A stretch of 64,000 nt of DNA. Source: Octopus vulgaris (Eukaryota). This document shows positions 58,526 to 64,000 of the stretch, in pieces. Location: the NCBI GenBank assembly GCA_951406725.2, contig OX597829.1, positions 44,330,001-44,394,000 of the forward strand, written 5' to 3'. The translations under genes were made by a program, and so were the position numbers. Within the stretch, counting starts at the first letter, position 1. The number at the start of each line of letters is the position of its first letter. The notes under the pieces were generated by a model. It did not search any database. It was not told the DNA's origin and saw only the letters and a list, made by a program, of their open reading frames with translations.

Positions 58526-59107
58526 TATATAGAAAATAGTAAAAAGTGAAAAAACTACAGAAGGCTTAAAGGTTAAAAAATATATATATTTGCGTCAATA
58601 TGTCTGAAGAATATTAAAATTTTTTTTCTTACAATGACATAATTTAGAAGAAAGACCGGTTTCGCGTTTAGCTTTTCAAATTTCTCTCGACGTTATGTTT
58701 ATGTTGAATAGAGTTATCGTTATGTTTATGTTTAAAAGAGTTCTAAATAAGGGGAGGTAATGAGTGATTTCTTCCGGTGTAAGGGAGATAATCGCTTAAA
58801 ATTTTTTTCCTTTCCCTTGGTGTGGATTTATCTGTATCAGTATGTTGGCATGGTTAAGTCTGGGCTTGTACTTTTCAATGAAAAATGTTTCCTTGTTTAG
58901 TCTAATTTGTGTTGATGATCCGATAGCACATTGGTAAAATGGAAAGATTAAAAATTGTGGTAGTAGTTGTTTTGCGCATTTCTTAATGTGTTCACTAAAA
59001 GGTATCATTATACTCTGGAATGAAAACACAGATAAACTCCTAAATATATATATTTTTTAACCTTTAAGCCTTCTGTAGTTTTTTCACTTTTTACTATTTT
59101 CTATATA
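58526..59107 (-). mobile_element. Penelope-like remnant: GIY-YIG C-terminus, pLTR with degenerate hammerhead, and inverted terminal segment
   Basis: Minus ORF SEHIKKCAK..FPFYQC..RLNKETFFIEKYKPRLN (E..FI...KP.LN motif); minus-strand GC-TAAAC-GC-GAAA-CCGG-T-C at ~58652-58670; ~60 bp inverted repeat 58531-58591 / 59042-59102. Confidence 0.8.
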
Positions 59108-59138
59108 TTCAACAACGTGCTTTCACAAACCAACTTTC

Positions 59139-59255
<117 letters not shown>

Positions 59256-59564
59256 TATCAAAAGGATGTGTTATAATACTATTCCACAGCCATACCAACA
59301 AACCAACATACATCCATCATCAGCTTCCCCACGGATATCATTATGGTTTCGACATACACACACACATATATACTTATAAAAGTTATTCAACTTTTATAAA
59401 TATTTTAACGGCGGTGCATCAGCATAGCCACAGCTCTGAGCTGAAACTAGAGAAAAAAAATTATAATTGATATCCTGACTGTTGAAAATTTGTATTTTGC
59501 AACTGAAGAAAGCGCTGCATTGCAAATTAATGTGATGCTTGCATTGTTCGATTACATAGAGCTA

Positions 59565-59645
59565 CCTGTGGCGCACAGTGGGACTATACCCAGAACCATG
59601 TGGTTAGCAAGCAAGCTTCTTGCGACACAGCCACGTCTCCGCCTA
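59565..59645 (-). mobile_element. SINE family B 5' head fragment
   Basis: cagtgggactatacccagaaccatgtggttagcaagcaagcttcttgcgacacagccac. Confidence 0.65.
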
Positions 59646-60251
59646 CGCACACACACACTGATATATACTCGTATACATACATATCACATATATACATACA
59701 TACATACATACATTCATACTAACCTACGTGCGTACGTACCTACCTACCTAAATACATACATACATACATACATACATACATACATGCATATATAAATACA
59801 TACATACATGATAAATACACATGCGTACATATGATAACGTACAGTTATTTGTGGTTTATCAACCATTATACAGAATTTCTAGCGTTCATTTCTTATTTTC
59901 TTCTTGTTTAGCCTTAGAGGAACTCTGAAGAAAACAGACCTATGATCAAAGAAATTCCATTAGCAGCAATTCCGTTTTCATTTTCAGGCAACTGTGTCAT
60001 AAACTATTATTCTATACGGTTTACCTTCTTTTTTTTTTTTTTTTTTCCTAATATTTTTCTACGACCTGAGGAAAAATTTGGCTGCTATTTCTAAAAGAGT
60101 TGCACTAAATATGGCATTATTTTTTTTTTGCTGTATACATGACAGAAATTTAAAGAAGAGTGCAAACATCCACATCATCGACCACATCCACGATGATAAC
60201 AGTAATAACAAACACATCATCCCCAACACCACTACCACCACCATCACCACC

Positions 60252-60283
<32 letters not shown>

Positions 60284-61945
60284 CAATAGCAACATCAACT
60301 ACTACAATGATAATAACATCTATTAATTTCTAAAAGAAATGCACACGACATTGATTCTAATTAACTTGGTTGTTACCATTCGTTAAGGAAAATATTTTTT
60401 TTTGCTCACTTCACCATTTTTGTGAAAGGTTTGTATATATGCACGACTATGTTCTATTGGTATGTGTATATATGTGTTTATGTGTATGTTTGTGTGTCTA
60501 TTTGTAGGCATACTCACAGAACATAAGTACAAATACTCACACACATATACACAGATACATACACATGAAAATTAATACACACTCACTCACCTATTGTAAA
60601 TCTTCCAATGAAATCCATGGGATCACCTATCTTTTTCTTTTCACTTCCGGTTTTCGATTTCTTTTTGTATATATTACTTTAATTTACATTTAATTATATA
60701 TGTTTTTTCCCCATCTTATTGTTTCTTCGAAAAGAATTTCTGGAAGGCATCTCTTCTGTTTTAGGGCAACAAATCTTTTATTTTTCTCTCTAGATCGATT
60801 ACATTCCTTTATATGTTTTACCTTGTTGTTAATGTGTGTGTTTTTTTTCAATCATTATATTTTTCTCAATTTCTAATTATTCTTACATAATCTATTACCT
60901 TTGCTAAATTAATATAGTTTATTCACCTGAGAAATTACTTTTGACTTTACGTTTGGTTATTTTTTTATGAATATACACTTTTTAGAAATATACACAGTTT
61001 ACCTTTTTTATTCACATTTTTCTTCTAATATCACATAATTTTTTTTTACGTTGACCCCTACCTTTTTTTAATTCCTGATTCCTCCATTCAATGTATTATT
61101 TCATTTATCCTTTTTTATCTTGTATATTTTCATTTCTCTCTTTAACAACTGCTTTTCCCTTAGATCGTTGCAATTTTAATCATATTGGTATTTTTCCTTC
61201 ATACATTCCACCCTTATTTGGCTATCATCTATTATTTTGTAACATTCTTACCATTCTCTTCATTTATTTCTTTGCTCGAACTTTGATCTATTATTCCTCC
61301 CACTATTTTATCATTAGTGATTTCCACTTTTTTAACACCGTTATTTTTTACTTGGTCATTATTACTGATAGATTTTTTTGTCTTTTTTTTCTTTCTGCGA
61401 TTGGCTTTTTTTTAGTTTTCCTTTGACTTATTCTTTAAATGTCATTCTGATGCTCCATATCATTGAAGAGCAGAAGCATAGGTGAACCGTTAATATTACT
61501 GATACCTATCTTAACGATTAGAAGCGAGGGAGAATATATAATGACACGGCAAAATGTCAGAGAAAATTAAATAGCTGCAGATGTAATTCGAAATAGGAAT
61601 TCAAAGAACCTACTCCGATGCAATACTGTCTCTTTTTACAAGCCCACGAATATGCCTCTTCTTAGTCTTATGACCTGTTAGTTATAGTAAATCAAATCCC
61701 GCCCAAATATACACCTTACTTTTGTTGGATAATGGAGTCCTGTATGTAATGGACGAGACAAAGACTGGAATTTCATGGTTGGACTGCTTTCGTTTATGGA
61801 TCTGTTCAATGAGAGCCGCTGGATAAAATCCGAGGACCTTAGTTATAGTCTTTGTCCCTAACTATTAGCGGTGTCAGTAGGGGATAATAAAGAAGTAGAT
61901 TAGTTAGCTGGAAAGAAAGAAAGAAAATTGTTGTAATAATTGTTG

Positions 61946-62390
61946 AATTCTTTTCTACTCTAGTCACAAGGTCCGAGGTTTTGGGGGGAGGGGGCCAATC
62001 GATTAGATCGACTCCAGTACGCAACTGGTACTTAATTTATCGACCCTGAAAGGATGAAAGGCAAAGTCGACCTCAGCGGAATTTGAACTCAGAAGGTAAC
62101 GGCAGACGAAATACCGCTAAGTATTTCGCCCGGGGTGCTAACGTTTCTGCCAGCTTGCCGCCTTTATCTACAAATGTTCTTTTCTACTCTAGGCCCAAGG
62201 TCTGAAATTTTAGGGGAGGGGGCCAGTCGATTAGATCGACCCAGTACGCAACTGGTACTTAATTTATCGACCCCGAATGGATGAAAGGCAAAGTCGACTT
62301 CGGCAGAATTTGAACTCAGAACATAAAGACAGAAGAAATGCCGCGAAGAATTTCGTCCGGTATGTTAACGATTATGCCAGCTCGCTGCCG
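61946..62390 (-). mobile_element. Two tandem SINE family A copies with tail 2
   Basis: Copies at ~61946-62163 and ~62176-62390; the minus-strand tail reads ..ccttg(t/g)g(a/c)ctagagtagaaaagaa. Confidence 0.85.
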
Positions 62391-62643
62391 TAATGAAATT
62401 GAAGAATGATGTAGAGAAAACTGCGATGAGTGAAAGTGGGGGCACAGAGAGAGGAGGGAAGGGCGACAGGGGGGAAAGAGAGAGACGGGGAGGGATAGAG
62501 GAGAAGAGAAGGCAAGACAAGAGAAAAGAAGAGAAAAAGAGAGATGTGGTGTGAAAGGCTGCAATGACTACGAAGTAGACGGGTTTAAATTTGAAAGGGG
62601 TCCGGTTAGGTTTAAGGGGTCAATGTTACAAATACGATTAGAG

Positions 62644-62681
<38 letters not shown>

Positions 62682-63377
62682 AAGAGAGAGGATGGCATTC
62701 AAAGCGATCAGAAACAGGAAAATGGTAAGTAAAGGGAACAGGAGTAAGAAGAAGCAACTAAAAATATTTTATTTGAAACAAGAAATTGAATCAAAAGATA
62801 ATTCTTGAAATTCTTAAGCTATAGAGGAGATGATATAGCAAATATTGGGGGGAACAGTGTGGTGTTTGTGAATTGTGAGATGAACTTTGGTGGAGAAAAA
62901 CTAAAGATTGGACTAAAAAAATGGAAGAAATGCCTTTCCCTTTCCGAATACTTCAAATAAAGAAACACGCGGGTCAACTACAATCAGTTCTATATATTTC
63001 TCAATGCCTCACGCAACTGATGATAAATTTCTTTTTCACACTGAGTTCTCAATTCTGAGAGGTGTTTTCTGCTCGATTTTTGCCTATTTCAAAGTTAGCT
63101 GGCGTCAATATCTGCATTGATGCCGAACGATTCTTTCGTCAATCCAATGAACAGATGATTTCTACGAAGAATACAATACCACTTGCTCTTGGTAAGTTTA
63201 CAGAGCTTAAACGATGCCGATCGAACAATTAGCCTAATCTCAATGAATATCAATCCGGAGACCTTTTATCCGAGTAAGGCTGCCAGGATGAAAACCGTTT
63301 CGATTTCAGAAAAAAAGATAAATCCGCAGTCCCATTTTTTTCCTGACCACACTGCACTCCATCAAGTTTATTACTGA

Positions 63378-64000
63378 TAGGACATTGTTACCAAACAAGA
63401 TAACAAAGCTGAAATTTTGTGGTTTGGTGTACAAACGTCTACGAAGAGGAAGCGCCTCAGCTGTTTAGCCATTGAAAATTCTACCAGAAACTATCCAACG
63501 AACGTAACTTCCTCAGCTGAAAACTCACCTCCAGCATAGTACACAAATTCATTTTCTCCACTCTATTTTTGTCCATAACCACCAACTTCATTTTCATACA
63601 TCTCGAACATCCACCATCTACGTCTTCCTTATACTTACTAACCCCACAAATCCCGACTCTTCCATCATATCTGCTTTCAGTCTTCCTCCTTAGTTCAAAT
63701 CATTCTAAACTAATGACAACTCTGGGTCCTGCCTTCTATGCTACACCAAAACATGAACCTTGCTTCCAGCTATTTTTTTTTTCCGCCTGTGAATGCTGTT
63801 AACCGAATTTATTCTGAAATTCAGGATCCATTTTCTCATTCACACCCTATGAGGATGGCCTCTCCATCCTAAATCTTTCCTTTAGCTACTCCACCTCGTT
63901 CAAAACCAGCATCATTACACTTCTTCGCTTCTTTAACTACTTACTGCCAAAAAGCTGTTATTCGTTCTCCCAAGATTTCTACTTTTATTTTACTAAATTA
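63378..64000 (+). mobile_element. Degenerate Penelope-like reverse transcriptase fragment
   Basis: Frameshifted peptides DIVTKQDNKA../VVWCTNVYEEEA..FYQKL and PAFYATPKH..SACEC resemble the PLE RT motifs DIVIKPADKG.VVVW..Y..EA.RQL..FY..L and FY.LPKIHK..IVSAC. Confidence 0.6.

Overview
A repeat-dominated, AT-rich animal genomic window with no recognisable intact host protein-coding gene. The repeat families look like those of Octopus (coleoid cephalopod); this is recognition from memory, not a database result. Contents: (i) extensive microsatellites, including two ~2.1 kb (TAA)n arrays; (ii) a ~13.1 kb near-identical direct duplication (19369-32507 / 32608-45800) across a 100-N gap, probably an assembly artefact; (iii) several R4/Dong-clade non-LTR retrotransposon pieces, most at (TAA)n tracts, one interrupted by a non-autonomous Helitron-like insert; (iv) a ~550 bp non-coding repeat that also sits in (TAA)n; (v) an L1/Tx1-like ORF2 remnant and putative LINE 3' tails; (vi) at least three tRNA-derived SINE families with nested insertions and swapped modules; (vii) a hAT MITE; and (viii) Penelope-like remnants with type I hammerhead ribozyme motifs, two canonical (2357-2406, 9801-9845), one near-canonical (23101-23164) and several degenerate. 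Four of the hammerhead motifs share a conserved downstream motif. Most ORFs in the supplied track are microsatellite translations.
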